DNA from: Octopus vulgaris
Taxonomy: Eukaryota
Length of the DNA: 64,000 nt
Reading direction: 5' to 3'
Assembly (NCBI GenBank): GCA_951406725.2
Contig: OX597831.1
Coordinates: forward strand, 29,760,001-29,824,000
Made by a program: the position numbers and the translations under genes. The notes beneath the pieces are model-generated. The model did not search any database, had not been told where the DNA came from, and was given only the letters and a program-made list of their open reading frames with translations. Of this stretch, positions 14,095-27,064 are shown piece by piece (the stretch's first letter is position 1; the number at the start of each line of letters is the position of its first letter).

Positions 14095-14428
14095 TGTGTG
14101 TGTGTGTGCGTGTGTGTGTGCGAGCGCGTGCATGTGTGTATATATATTTATCTAACTTCTGCTAAAGAGATAAACAGGGATTCGGGTTTGTTAAACGGTA
14201 TAAAGTTTTTCATTATCCGCACCATCATCATCATCATCGTCATCATCGTCATCATCATCATCATCGTCATCATCTAAGGAGTAGGAGAATAAATAAACAT
14301 ATATGATATGCATTATACGGTTTTGAAATTAAAATTGTTAACTAATTTATAAATATGTGTGCATGTGTGTGAGTGTGTGTGTGTGTGTGTATCAATGTGT
14401 CCATGAGCGTATTTAAATGTTATATGCA

Positions 14429-14459
<31 letters not shown>

Positions 14460-15147
14460 GCTCATACATGTATCTATAGGTAGATGTGTGTATGTATATA
14501 CGTGTGTGTTAGTGAATATGCCTATATATATTCGTATATACTAAGTGTATGTTTCTACGCGCACATGTTCATGCTTTTTTAAATCTCCTTGATGTTTCCG
14601 ACAAACCAAAAATAAATATCTTTGGGAATCTCTGGAGAGGATTCTCGCGTTTTCGCTTATTTAAGAAACATAACAGACAAACAAACAAATTTGCCTGATT
14701 GATGGGGGTATTTTCTCACCGAAATATCAGCTGTAAGTTTGCTTAAAGGGTAGAATATGCTACCTACAGCACTCTTGTCCTTCACTTTTCGGGTACAAAC
14801 ATGGCTTCTTAGTTAACAGTTTCGCTTCGCCCTCACGTGTTCCTGTGTTCAGTCTTTTCACAAGACAACTTAATAAATTGTCCTTTGTCATAGCCGCGAG
14901 CCAACCAAAGACTTTGGATAGAAATGTGTTAGAAGACTGCACAGGAGCTCATCAGACGCATGATTTCTGTTGTCGTGTAATAGTCTTAATATATCACCTT
15001 GTTTAACTCCATAGCCTAATTCTTGGACGGCTTTAACGGAATCTATTTTGTTGCAAACACTTAGAGCAGGTCTCCGTTTTGAAGATAACATTTGATGTCA
15101 CTTTAGCCTGAGGCGTATCTGGTCATTTTCCCTTGAGCGTAGAATCT

Positions 15148-15525
15148 AGCCCTGATCTTAATCTTAATTTTAACTTAAAGCCTAGCCCTAACCCTAAACC
15201 TAAAACCTAACCCTAACCCAAAACCTAAATCCTAATCCTTACCTAAAAACCTTAACCTAAGCCCTAACCTAAATCTTAACCTTAAACCCTAACCTTAAGC
15301 CCAATACTAAACCCTGATTCTAAACTCTAACTCTAAACCTTAAGCCTTAGCCTTTCTCAAACCCTAAACCTAACCCTAAAACTGAATCTTAAACTCAAAA
15401 CTTAACAGTAAACCCTTACCCAAAATCCTAAGTCTAAACCTAACCTAAAATCTAAACTTAACCCTCAACCTCTAAACCCTAACACTAAATCTTAAATTTA
15501 ACCCTAAACCGTCGCCTTAATCCTA
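15148..15525. repeat. Degenerate telomere-like (CCCTAA)n tract
   Basis: About 6-bp periodic CCCTAA/CCTAAA/CTTAAA/CTCTAA units, e.g. CCCTAACCCTAAACCTAAAACCTAACCCTAA. Confidence 0.8.
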
Positions 15526-15939
15526 ACACAGATCTGGCCATTTCACTGCATAGACTACAGATACTGCTGTAGACGGCATTTTAAAGTAGCACTTCACATC
15601 AGTCTTTCTTCTCAGCATCTTTGTCGGTGATGGAATTAATGCAAAGGTCAAAGGCACCGCCTTATATCTCAGGTGATGTCTCATACAGTCATCTCTCTTT
15701 AACTCGCCTTTTCGCTCTGCATCTGCAGCTCTTCTCAAGGAAATCAACAAGTGTAGAGGTTATTCCAGTTGTTCAGTCAACTGTGCTCCATATAGTGAAA
15801 TGCAAGTGGTTGAGTATTCCACAGACACGTCTACCTTTGCCGACATACTCGGGTAGTCTCAGTGTGACATAGTGACAAGACTGGGATGTTGAATAACGGG
15901 TAGAGATCCTGTCTTTGTATGATATTGTGATCTCGACAA

Positions 15940-16647
15940 TATTCTGTAGATACATGTATCCTTAATGTGATCCTCAGGTAGAATCTGTAACACGGCAGCT
16001 TGTGACATAGTGTGTGACACGGGTTGTGACATGATACAATAGCACAATGTATGACAATGCGGTATAGTGTATGACACAGTATGTAACATGGTGTGTGACA
16101 TATGTGACATATTATGGCACAAAATGTGACGCGGTACGCAGCACAATGAGTGACATGATACGTGTGTACGTGACACGGTATGTACGTACGTAACACGGCA
16201 TGTGACATAATATGTAGCACAATGCGGGACTCGCCATGGGATATAATAACAAAATGTGTGACAGCGTGTACCACAGCTTGTAACAAAACTAAACAGAAGC
16301 ACATAAAGGACATTGTAAGCTCGTCACTATCTCGTAGATACGTGTACCCTTAATGTGATCCTCAGGCAGAATCTGTGTGACACGATATGTGACAAGGTGT
16401 TTGTGACAGCTTGTGACATAGTATGTGACAGGATACAAAACACACTGTATGACAGTGTGTGACATGGCAGTGCAACACAGTGTATGACACGGTATGTAAC
16501 ACGGCATGTGCACAGTATTTGACTTATGGCACGAAATGTGACGCGGTATGTAGCACAGTGTGTGACACAACGTATGACATAACATGTAACAAAAGGTGTG
16601 GCAGCGTGTATCGCAGCATGTAACAAAACTAAGCAGGAGCACATAAT
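15940..16647. repeat. Two tandem units with internal TGTGACAC-type subrepeats
   Basis: Both units start GTAGATACRTGTAYCCTTAATGTGATCCTCAGG and end TGTAACAAAACTAARCAGRAGCACATAA (about 16307 and 16647). Confidence 0.8.
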
Positions 16648-16923
16648 TATGTTAACTATTGCTTACCTCCGGGTCAGCTATAGCTGAAAGGAATTGTGAA
16701 ATGCGTTCCATCCGTGATCATCTTGTAAGTGGTGAGTTGTATTGTCGTGCAGTGGTGTGTGTTATGGAATAACGTGCTTCAGTATGGAGTGGTGTTGTAT
16801 GTTGCGGTGTAATTTAATCTGGTGTAGTGTAATAGAGTCTGGTATATCGTGTACTTTAATGTGGAGCAATATGGTATAGTGTGGTATATTGTAAGGTATT
16901 GATGAAAAGCCAACAACAACAAC

Positions 16924-16981
<58 letters not shown>

Positions 16982-17158
16982 GTAATAATAATAATAGTTT
17001 CAAAATTTGACATAGGGGTAGTTATTGGGGATGGAGTTGTTGATTATAACGAAACCAGTACTTTACTGGTACTCAGTTTTCTTGACAACGTCCCGAAAGG
17101 ATATAACGCAAAGTTGAGCTTGGTGCGATTTGATTTACCACTTCTTAGAGCTCAACAG

Positions 17159-17202
<44 letters not shown>

Positions 17203-17802
17203 TTTTTTGCTAATATTTTCGTCCCGTAAAAATCCTTATATAAACATATTGTGTTAAGAAACTCAATATATCTCAGGGGTGGGCGAAAAGAATTTGCCCT
17301 GAAGTTACTGCGAGTGCGACAGGTACGCATTTCGTCGTTATTGCAGCTTCTCAGTGTCACGTACTCTTATCACTTCCGAAACGAAATACAACCAGTTCAT
17401 TTGACGTATATAGCGATAGTGTATAAGCTACACGCCAGTTTACATAGTTGCCGCATAAGCAGAATAAAACTGGAATTATGCAACAGAAGCGTCTGTAGAG
17501 AATAAAGTTTATTACTATTACATACTGTGTGTGTGTAAGATTGAAAAGCCAGAGGCTGCAGTGTTCATCTGCTAAAAGCTTCTGGTTTTTCAACTACTTC
17601 ATATATACTATATACCCAGACGTGTTTGCGAGTTCGAGTTGAGTGTCCGGTATATTACACCGCTGTCACTTCGCTTTGTAAGAAAAACATGGCAACGGCT
17701 AAGTTCACAGCAGTAAACAACATCTCCAGTTTTCACACCATTACCACCACTACTACTTCTACTACTACATATACTGTTATACTATTATATTAACTCTAGT
17801 GT

Positions 17803-18452
17803 GTAGGCGCAATGGCCCAGTGGTTAGGGCAGCAGACGCGCGGTCGGAGGATCGCGGTTTCGATTCCCAGACCGGGCGTTGTGTGTGTTTATTGAGCGAA
17901 AACACCTAAAGCCCCACGAGGCTCCTGTTGCACTCTTTCGCCCCAACTTTCTCTCACTCTCTCTTCCTGTTTCCTGAGAAACGCTGCGATGGACTGGCGT
18001 GGGGGGCACATACGCCACAGATACCGGGAAACCGGGCCCATGAGCCTGGCTAGGCTTGAAAAGGGCGCATACGATACTATTAACTCTAGTGTGTAGGCGC
18101 AATGGCCCAGGGGTTAGGGCAGCGGACTCGCGGTCGTAGAGTCGCAGTTTCGATTCCCAGACCGGGCGTTGTGAGTGTTTATTGAGCGAAAACACCGAAA
18201 GCTCCACGAAGATCAAGCCGGGGCGGGTGGTGAACCCTGCTGTACTCTTTCACCACAACTTTCTCTCACTCTTTCTTCCTGTTTCTGTTGTTCCTGTATT
18301 TCAAAAGGGGCCAGCCTTGTAAGTCATACTCTATGTCTCTCTGAAAACTACATTAAAGGTACACGTGTCTGTGGAGTACTCAGCCACTTGCACGTTAATT
18401 TCACGAGGAGGCTGTTCCGGTGATAGGATCAACTGGAACCCTCGTCGTGACA
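17803..18452 (+). mobile_element. Two head-to-tail family B SINEs with different tails
   Basis: Heads at about 17803 and 18093. The first ends GGCTTGAAAAGGGCGCAT; the second ends GGATCAACTGGAACCCTCGTCGT (E tail). Confidence 0.9.
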
Positions 18453-18997
18453 ACTCTAGTAGTGGCACAGCTGCTACCAGTTCCGCTACGAATCATACTA
18501 CCAGTACCACCACCATGACCACCACTACTACTCTCAATGACACTAAACAACAACGCTTTCGCCGGAAAGATTAACACTCCCCACGCCGGCGACACTTACA
18601 ACAATGATGACTCTATTCGAACTCCCAAAACATCCGCCTCAACAACCACCACCACCACCAACACCAGCACCACTACTGCGACTGCCCCCACCACCACCAC
18701 CACCAAACAAAAACACCACCACCAACAACAACAACAACAACAACAATAGGAGACCACTCTCACACTCACACTCACTACTACAACCACTACCACCAATCCT
18801 TTACCAATGAAGTCGAGAAGAACATTAAAACACTTTACACCACCAACCCCTAAAAACAGGGAGTTCCACCAAGTCCTGCTTCAAACCTAACAAGAACAAA
18901 TGAAAAACTAATCAATTTTTTTTTGAATTCTGTAATCTGTTTGTAATTATGGAGTGGTTTTCAGGGAGTGGGGAGGGGAAGTGTTCATGTTCTTAAA

Positions 18998-19070
<73 letters not shown>

Positions 19071-19109
19071 TGTGTGTGTTTGAAGTGGTGTACAGATAAT
19101 GTATACTAA

Positions 19110-19268
19110 GAAAAAGTGGGCAGTCAGAATTTTGGAATTTTGGCGCTTTCGTTCGTTTAACCGAAATCTTCGAAATAAACCCAAGATCTTGGTTTCATCT
19201 TGAAGAGTTCGGTTAAACGAACGAAAGTGCTAATAAAGAATTATCCGAAATTCTGACTGCCCACTTTT

Positions 19269-19271
<3 letters not shown>
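19110..19271. repeat. About 160-bp imperfect palindrome
   Basis: Outer arms GAAAAAGTGGGCAGTCAGAATTT / AAATTCTGACTGCCCACTTTTCC, inner arms CTTTCGTTCGTTTAACCGAA / TTCGGTTAAACGAACGAAAG, centre CCAAGATCTTGG (19181-19192). Confidence 0.9.
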
Positions 19272-19331
<60 letters not shown>

Positions 19332-19415
19332 TACATATACATACATACATACATATATATATATAGCTATGTACCTATATGGAGCGATAGATAGATATGT
19401 AGGTGGATAGGTAGG

Positions 19416-19497
<82 letters not shown>

Positions 19498-19498
19498 T

Positions 19499-19700
19499 GG
19501 TCGCGGCTTCCTCGTTCTCGAATATAGTCATCGCCTAAAGCTCTTCCGAATTTGCCTCATGTGCCAGGGCGTGACTTTTCAGGCCGGAGAGTGACCCACA
19601 CTTTTTGGCACAGATATTACATACACGATTTCGCCAAACAACAGAAGACACTTCTTGGCCATCATGCATATATCGTTTCGAACCCTCCTGTATCGTTTCA
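19499..19700 (-). mobile_element. RTE-clade LINE 3' end
   Basis: Minus strand translates to VCNICAKKCGSLSGLKSHALAHEANSEEL*, followed by a short 3' UTR and (TATC)n. Confidence 0.7.
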
Positions 19701-19774
19701 AAACCCAAGCTGTCACTGTGTATTTTGAGAGGAGGGGAAGTCGATAACGTTCACCCCTGTGCTCAACTGATATT

Positions 19775-19987
19775 CTTTTATTCCTTTATTCCCATATTTG
19801 TTTCGGTCATTTGACTGCGGCCATGTTGGAGCACCTCTTTCAGTCGAGCAAATCGCCCCCGGGACTTATTCTTTGTAAGCCTAATACTTATTCTATAGGT
19901 CTCTCTTGCCGAACCACTAAGTGACAGGGACATAAACACACCAGCATCGGTTGTCAAGCGATGTTGGGGACACACAGACACACAAAC

Positions 19988-20048
<61 letters not shown>

Positions 20049-20285
20049 TATATATATATATGTATACACACACACACACATACACACACACACACACACG
20101 CACACGCATATATATATGTATACGACGGACTTCTTTCAGTTTCCGTCTACCAAATCCACACACAAAGCTTTGGTCGGTCCGAGGCTATAGTAGAAGACAC
20201 TTGCCCAAGGTGCCACGCAGTGGGATTAAACCCGGAACCATGTGGTTGGTAAGCAGGCCACTTAACACGCAACCACTCCTGCGTC
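19775..20285 (-). mobile_element. SINE family A
   Basis: Near-consensus copy with an internal TA/CA tract. Confidence 0.9.
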
Positions 20286-20612
20286 TTAATTTATCGCTCC
20301 CAAAAGGATGAAAGCCAAGTCAAGCTCAGCGGGACTCGAACTCAGAACACGAAGAGCAGTAAGAAATGCTGTCTTTTTTTTTTTTTTTTTGTCCGGTAGA
20401 AATAATGGGCCTCATTGGATAGACTCTATTTGTAGTCAAAAAATTCTATAAGAAGACGTGTGTGTGTGTGGGGGGGGAGGTTGGAGGTCGGGCGATGTAT
20501 GTAATCCACTGCTTGGTTGGTTATTGTATCGACTCTGGAACGAAGGATAAATGGTCGAAACCGACGGGATATCGGAATACCACAAGGCAATTAGCTCGGC
20601 ACTCTACAGCCC

Positions 20613-20615
20613 TTG

Positions 20616-20698
<83 letters not shown>

Positions 20699-20940
20699 GG
20701 TAGTGATTTATTTGCCACAAAGGCACCGAAGAAGGATATTACAAACGACGAAAACCCAACAGAAATCATTAGATTCAAATACCCTTTTTTCCCCTCCCCA
20801 CTTCTTCTCCTTCTTCTTCTTCTTCTTCTTCTTCTTCTTCTTCTTCTTCTTCTTCTTCTTCTTCTTCTTCTTCTTCGGCTTCTTCTTCTTCTTCTTCTTC
20901 TTCTTCTTCTTCTTCTTCTTCTTCTTCTTCTTCTTCCCCC
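20613..20940. repeat. Trinucleotide microsatellites (TAG/TTG/TGG and a long (CTT)n)
   Basis: Direct reading of the sequence. Confidence 0.95.
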
Positions 20941-21909
20941 TCTTCCTTTTTCCTCTTCTACCCTTATTCTCTCTTCTTCCCCCTTTTTCCTCCTCTTCCT
21001 TCTCTTCTCGTCTTCCGTCTCCTCTTTAAATCCTGTCTTTTTTTAACAGACAAAAACAAAAAACAAAAAACAACAACAACAACAACAATAACAATAACAA
21101 AATATGTCGTCTGAAAGTTTCTTCAGTACGGAGTTTTTCTCTCGTTTCTATCTTCCTTTTTGTTTGTTTGTTTGTTTGTTATATTCCCTATTTACTTTTA
21201 TTTATTCACATTTATGTGTGTTTTTTGCTCTTTAAACCATTTCCTTCGATCTGCGAAAGTACTTAACTAAAAAAAAATTGTGCACCTAAATTGGCAGAAC
21301 GGGAAAACCTTTTTCCAGTTCGTATTCAACGAAGAAGTGGTTGTCTTTGTAATTTAAAATAAATAAATAATCAGTATCCACTGCTGTGGGGAGGCAATGT
21401 TTGACCGTATAAATTACTGGTATATACCAATAATAACACGACTACAATAACAAGAGCAGCGACAAAAATAGGAGTCATGTATGGCTGCAGGAAATGTACG
21501 TAGTGCGTCATAAGCTGTTGTTTCTAAGAGGCGCCGGCTGTAAAACAAACACATTTTCGTGCAGTTTATGAAGAGGAATAAACCAACCTAACGCTGGCCA
21601 TCCCTCTTGAAAGCTTACTTCATGATAGTAAGGACAAGCGGAAGATCTGCTAGGTTCGTGATGTTACTGGGCTTAACAATGAGTTACAACACAGCTGGTA
21701 GACCAGCGATATTACAGCTGTCACTTCTTCTTCTTCTTCTTCTTTTCTTCTTCTTCTACTACTACTACTCTTTCTCCTTCTCCTCCTTCTTCTTCTTCTC
21801 CTCCTCCTCATCCTTCTTCTCCTCCTCCTCATCCTTCTTCTCCTCCTCTCCTCCTCCTCCTCCTCCTTCTCTTCTTCTTCTTCTTCTTCTTCTTCTTCTT
21901 CTTCTTCTA

Positions 21910-22380
21910 ATCAGGACTCACGCAATTAGCCACAAAAAATAATCTCTAATTCGTGCCTACTCTAAGCTACTAAGAATGCGTCTGGCAACCTGAAAATCCA
22001 CCCACCACATGCGATAGACTGGCGGTTGAACGGGCGCGAAAGCTACGTTGTTATCCTCATTCCGTAAACGGTGGCTTTCAACGGGTGGAGAGCTGAACCA
22101 TCCTGGGGTACAGAGGATTCACAGTCTAGACTAGGGTCTGAAAGTGTACCACACCATAGTGGGTTACACCATAGTTCCTCTGCTTTGTGGCAGAAGTAGA
22201 AAGAAAGAGTGAGAGATAGTTGTGGTGAAAGAGTACAGCGGGGTCCCCCCCTCCGCCGGAGCTTCGTGGAGCTTAGGTGTTTTTGCTCAATAAACACTCA
22301 CAATGCCCGGTATGGGAATCGAAACCGCGTTCTTACGACCGCGAGTCTGCTGCCCTAACCACTGGGCCATTGCGCCTCCA
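21910..22380 (-). mobile_element. Family B SINE head (22200-22380) adjoining about 290 bp of an unclassified, more GC-rich body
   Basis: The head is consensus; after TTCTTTCTACTTCTG the sequence continues into a body not seen in the other copies. Confidence 0.6.
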
Positions 22381-22381
22381 C

Positions 22382-22610
22382 ACAGCTGTTACTACAGAAC
22401 TGGTAGATTAGAAATGTTACAACCGTTACAGCAGAACTGGTGGATTAGTGGTGTTACAGCTGTTACAATAGAACTGGTCGATTAATGATGTTACAAGTGT
22501 TACAGCAGAACTGGTAGATTGGTGATGCGACAGCTGTTACAACAGAACTGGTTGGCTAATGATGTTACAGGTGTTACAATAGAATTGGCAAGCTGGTGAT
22601 GTTACAGCTC
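22382..22610. repeat. 37-bp minisatellite, about 6 copies
   Basis: Unit ACAGCTGTTACAACAGAACTGGTAGATTAGTGATGTT; related units occur at about 21650-21722. Confidence 0.85.
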
Positions 22611-22794
22611 TGTAGGCTGGACTGTTGACTGTTAAGTGTGTGGGATACAAAACAGTGGACACAGTTATGGACACAATGCAGTGAACTAAACTACAATGTG
22701 GTACCTACATACGGCTAGATAGACTCATATGATCCTCCTTCCAATGACACTAATAAGTGTCAAGTGTGAGATATAATTGGTATTTTGTGATTAG

Positions 22795-23023
22795 GCGGCG
22801 AGCTGGCAGAAACGTTAGCACGCCGGGCGAAATGCTTAGCGGTATTTCGTCTGCGTTACGTTGTGAGTTCGAATTCCGCCGAGGTCGACTTTGCTTTTCA
22901 TCCTTTCGGGGTCGATAAATTAAGTACCAGTTACGCACTGGGGTCGATGTAATCGACTTAATACCTATGTCTGTCCTTGTTTGTCCCCTCTGTGTTTAGC
23001 CCCTTGTGGGTAATAAAGAAATA
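22795..23023 (+). mobile_element. SINE family C (Nin/Deu-domain-like) with perfect TSD
   Basis: GGCGGCGAGCTGGCAGAA...GAGTTCGAATTCC...GCTTTTCATCCTTTCGGGGTCGATAAATTAAGTACC. 16-bp TSD GGTATTTTGTGATTAG at 22779-22794 and 23024-23039. Confidence 0.92.
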
Positions 23024-23700
23024 GGTATTTTGTGATTAGTCAGCTGCTCCAAACCTCTCAGCAAACTGGTTCGCAGAATAATTCCGAAAGTGTCATGAAG
23101 ATAAAATCTTTAAGTTTTGAATTATTTGGTAAAATATAAGCTTTCGGATCTGTTCCAATTATAAAACACTTGTGCCCATAGTTGTAGACCCAGAATAAGT
23201 AATATTCTATGTACTAATACGAGAGGCGATAAGATATTACTATGTCGAAGCTCATATTCTGCTACAGTTTCTATTTTGTCCTTCCGAAAGTCTTTGGCGA
23301 AGTTAATAGTGTCTCTCGGTATCTGCTTGCCAAAATGGCTGTATTTGTTCTTGATGTGGCATACATCTCCTCATACGTTCTCACTGCGCTGTAGCTTGTC
23401 TTTGGGAATTTATACGATCTTCATAGACAAATTCATGACAAATTGTTCGATCATAAGAAAGAGTTTCTTCAAAATGGTTATAAGAAAGTTGTCATTCGGC
23501 TATTTTTTCTGTAATGATGGACTGGAAAAGACTGAGGTGGATAAACAGTGCTTGTAAGTCTAAATTACTAGGGAAGGATAGATAGAGAGGTGGATAGATA
23601 GATAAATTGATGGATAGATGGATAGGTACATGTATTGATGGACAGATAAATAAATTGATAGATAGAGATGTATAGATGAATAGCTAGATAGATTGATGGG

Positions 23701-23736
<36 letters not shown>

Positions 23737-23897
23737 AACATATGTAGGTAGGTCGGTTGGTAGATAGGTAGGTAGGTAGGTAGGTAGGTAGGTAGGTAAG
23801 TAGGTAGGTAGGTAGGTAAGTAGGTAGGTAAGAAGATATCTAAGTACATAAATACATCCATACATGTACGCATGCATACATACATACATACATACAT

Positions 23898-23944
<47 letters not shown>

Positions 23945-24394
23945 CAGAAATTGACTGACATTCACAGATAGATAGATGGATAGATAAACAAACCAACTGA
24001 CCGATCGATCGATAGATAGACAGACAGACAAACATGAAATACAAAATGTTTAGGAATCTGTTCAAGTTATATGACATCAGCACAAGTGAAGTTGAACACG
24101 TGTCCTGGAGACAAAAACTACAAGAGCCCCAGACACATCTATCAAATATTAAAGGAATTAATATTAAGAAAGAATTTTTTTTTTTTTTTTTTTTTAAATG
24201 GAATTCTGCAAGTTCATTAATTTTCCAAAATGGGTGGCAATAGTAAGATGCTGACAAATTGTTGAGTAAATTGAAATAGATTCTTATAATCCCTACTTTA
24301 AAGATAGTAAGAAACATAAAAACATTCAGTTGGTTATTGATATTTTTTACTGTTGATGTTTAGTTTTTTTTCTGTTTTTTTTTTTTTTATCTGT

Positions 24395-24494
24395 CACTTG
24401 TTTCAGTTATTGGAACGCGGCCGTACTGGAGCACCTTCCTTGAAGATTTTTCTTCAGAAAACTCGCTCCTATTACAATTCCTTTTTCAAGTCTG

Positions 24495-24530
<36 letters not shown>

Positions 24531-24700
24531 ATATACGATGACTTCTTTCAGTTTCCGTCTACCAAATCCACTCACAAGGCTTTGGTCGTCCCTGGGCTAT
24601 AGCACAAGGCATTTGCCCATTATGAAGCGCAATGGGACTGAACCTGTAACCTTTGTGGTTGTGAAGTGAGCTTCTAGCTACACAGCGACGACTACACCTG
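24395..24700 (-). mobile_element. SINE family A, diverged and internally deleted
   Basis: TTTCAGTTTCCGTCTACCAAATCCACTCACAAGGCTTTGGTCG core. Confidence 0.75.
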
Positions 24701-25503
24701 CGATGAAGAAACATAATCAAAGACAGTCCAGCCGTGCTCATCCCGTCTTTTTCCAATATGCAGCACCTCCAAGAGTACATTATCTAGCATTTTCTTTTCT
24801 AAGACCGTAAGGGTGAATTTGGCTGCTATTTCTAACAAATCGAGAGTATATGAACACACTACAGAGAAGATCCCTCAGTGGAACTTCTTCCCATCATGGC
24901 TTTGGCTGTGATGGTTAAAACAAAGAAATAAAAAAAAATCTGGCACATGTGGTCCTCGTTTAAAACACAGCAGGTTTCTGTTGAGTGAGATTTAGCTGCT
25001 CTTTCGAGCAAATCGAAAGAGCTCGACAAAATATTCGTTGCTTGTCGCCGACAGGAAAGCATGAACGGTCCAGTGGAATCATTTCTGTTCAATCTGTGTG
25101 TGTGTGTGTGTGTTTGTTTGTGTATGTGTGTGTGTGTGTGCGTGTATGCATGTGTTTGTAATGGTGTTGTGTGTGTGTGTGTGCATGTGTTACTGTGTAT
25201 GAGTGCGTGTGTGCATGTTTGTCTATGTTTATGTGTGTGTGTGTGTGTGTGTGTGTTGCGAGGTAAGCATGATGTGAAAACCATGAAGATGATGATGACA
25301 ACGACGACGACGACAATAATGATGATGATGATGATAAAGACGAGGAAGAGGAAGTGAGGTACGTAAGTTAGGGAGAGAGAGAAAGGGCCAGAAAGAGAGA
25401 GAGAGAGAAAGAGAGAGGAAGAAAGAAAGAGAGAGACAGGCAGACAGCTTAGAGTTCCCTCCATCTGGATAACGAACTCCGTGCAGCGTGGTGGTGGTGG
25501 TGG

Positions 25504-25544
<41 letters not shown>

Positions 25545-25807
25545 GTAGTGGTGGTGGTGGTGGTGGTGGTGGTGGTGGTGGTGGTGGTGGTGGTGGTGGT
25601 GGTGGTGGTGGTGATGATTGATGATGATGATGATGATGATGATTGATGATGATGATGATGATGATGATGATGCAGTTGTGTGAATCGGAGTGTGGCTCCC
25701 TAAAAAAAATGATGGAAGAGACTATAAGGGTGAGAAGAGAAGCGAAGTCATAGAAAAAGAAGGAGAGAGGGATACAGAGAGAGAAGCTACTACAAGGAAG
25801 AGGAAGT

Positions 25808-25842
<35 letters not shown>

Positions 25843-26843
25843 GAAGGGGGAATGAAGACGTGGAAGGCGATAGAAACTTCTTCCAACCTCCCCTCTTCCC
25901 CCTCCTCCTCCTCCTCCTCCTGCTCGTCTGTCTGTGTCTGTCTGGGTTTTTCACTCACTGAAGTCATAACACTTACGAGGTGTTTATGTTGCTGTGAAGA
26001 ATGTCTCCCATTCACAGGGGCCCTGTCCCTTCCGCAAACCTTCTACACTGCACCCCCCCCCCCCCCACCCATACCCCCCCACACACACACGCATACACAC
26101 ACGCATACTCAGTCAATGGCTTTAATCTCCTCTCCCTTTCACACAACACACACACATGCACACACATACACATACACATACACTCACACACACGCACACA
26201 CGCACTCGAAAGTGGTGCTTACTCCACCACTTACTGAATGCTACGGCGATGGATGGATGGATGGATGGATGGATGGATGGATGGATGGATGTAAGTATCA
26301 TAGTGCGAGTGTGTGTTAGACAGAAAGTGCATGTGTGTGTGTGTGTGTGTGTATGTATCAAGAGCGAGTGTCAGGGATGAGAATTAGGAGGGAGTATGGG
26401 AGGGGGGTGTAGTTTACATGTGCCGTCATGCTGACATCCTTACAGCCAAACAGGATGCGATAAGCTAAAGCCATTCACACTTTTAAGCGTATTTATCGTG
26501 TGTACACGCACACACGCACACGCACGCGCACGCAGGCACGTACACATACGGATATATATATGCGTCTGCGATCATGAAACCTATACTTTTTTTATATATG
26601 AAACATGTTATAATATATATATATATATATACTCTTTTACACTCTTTTACTTGTTTCAGTCATTTGACTGCGGCCATGCTGGAGCACCACCTTTAGTCGA
26701 GCAAATCGACCCCGGGACTTATTCTTTGTAAGCCCAGTACTTATTCTATCGGTCTCTTTTGCCGAACCGCTAAGTGACGGGGACGTAAACACACCAGCAT
26801 ATATACAGCATATATACATACATCCATATATATATATATATAC

Positions 26844-26895
<52 letters not shown>

Positions 26896-27064
26896 TGCTT
26901 TTTGGCATAAGGCCCGAAATTTCAGGGAGGGGCCAGGTAAGTCAATTACATCAACTCCAGTGTTCAGCTAGCACTTATTTTATCGATTCCGAAAGGTTGA
27001 AGTGCAAAGTCAACCTCAGTGGAATTTGAATCGGAATAAATGCCGCTGATATGCAGATAAATAT

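Noticed and set aside
17274-17750. CAGGGGTGGGCGAA, a hAT-like terminus
   Set aside because: No matching opposite TIR or TSD was found.
22382-22610. CRISPR-like 37-bp periodicity
   Set aside because: Contiguous tandem units without unique spacers, in eukaryotic DNA with no cas genes.
25460-25701. Possible His-rich minus-strand exon after a pyrimidine tract and TAG acceptor
   Set aside because: The CAT/CAC phase shifts within the tract and the flanks give no recognisable peptide.
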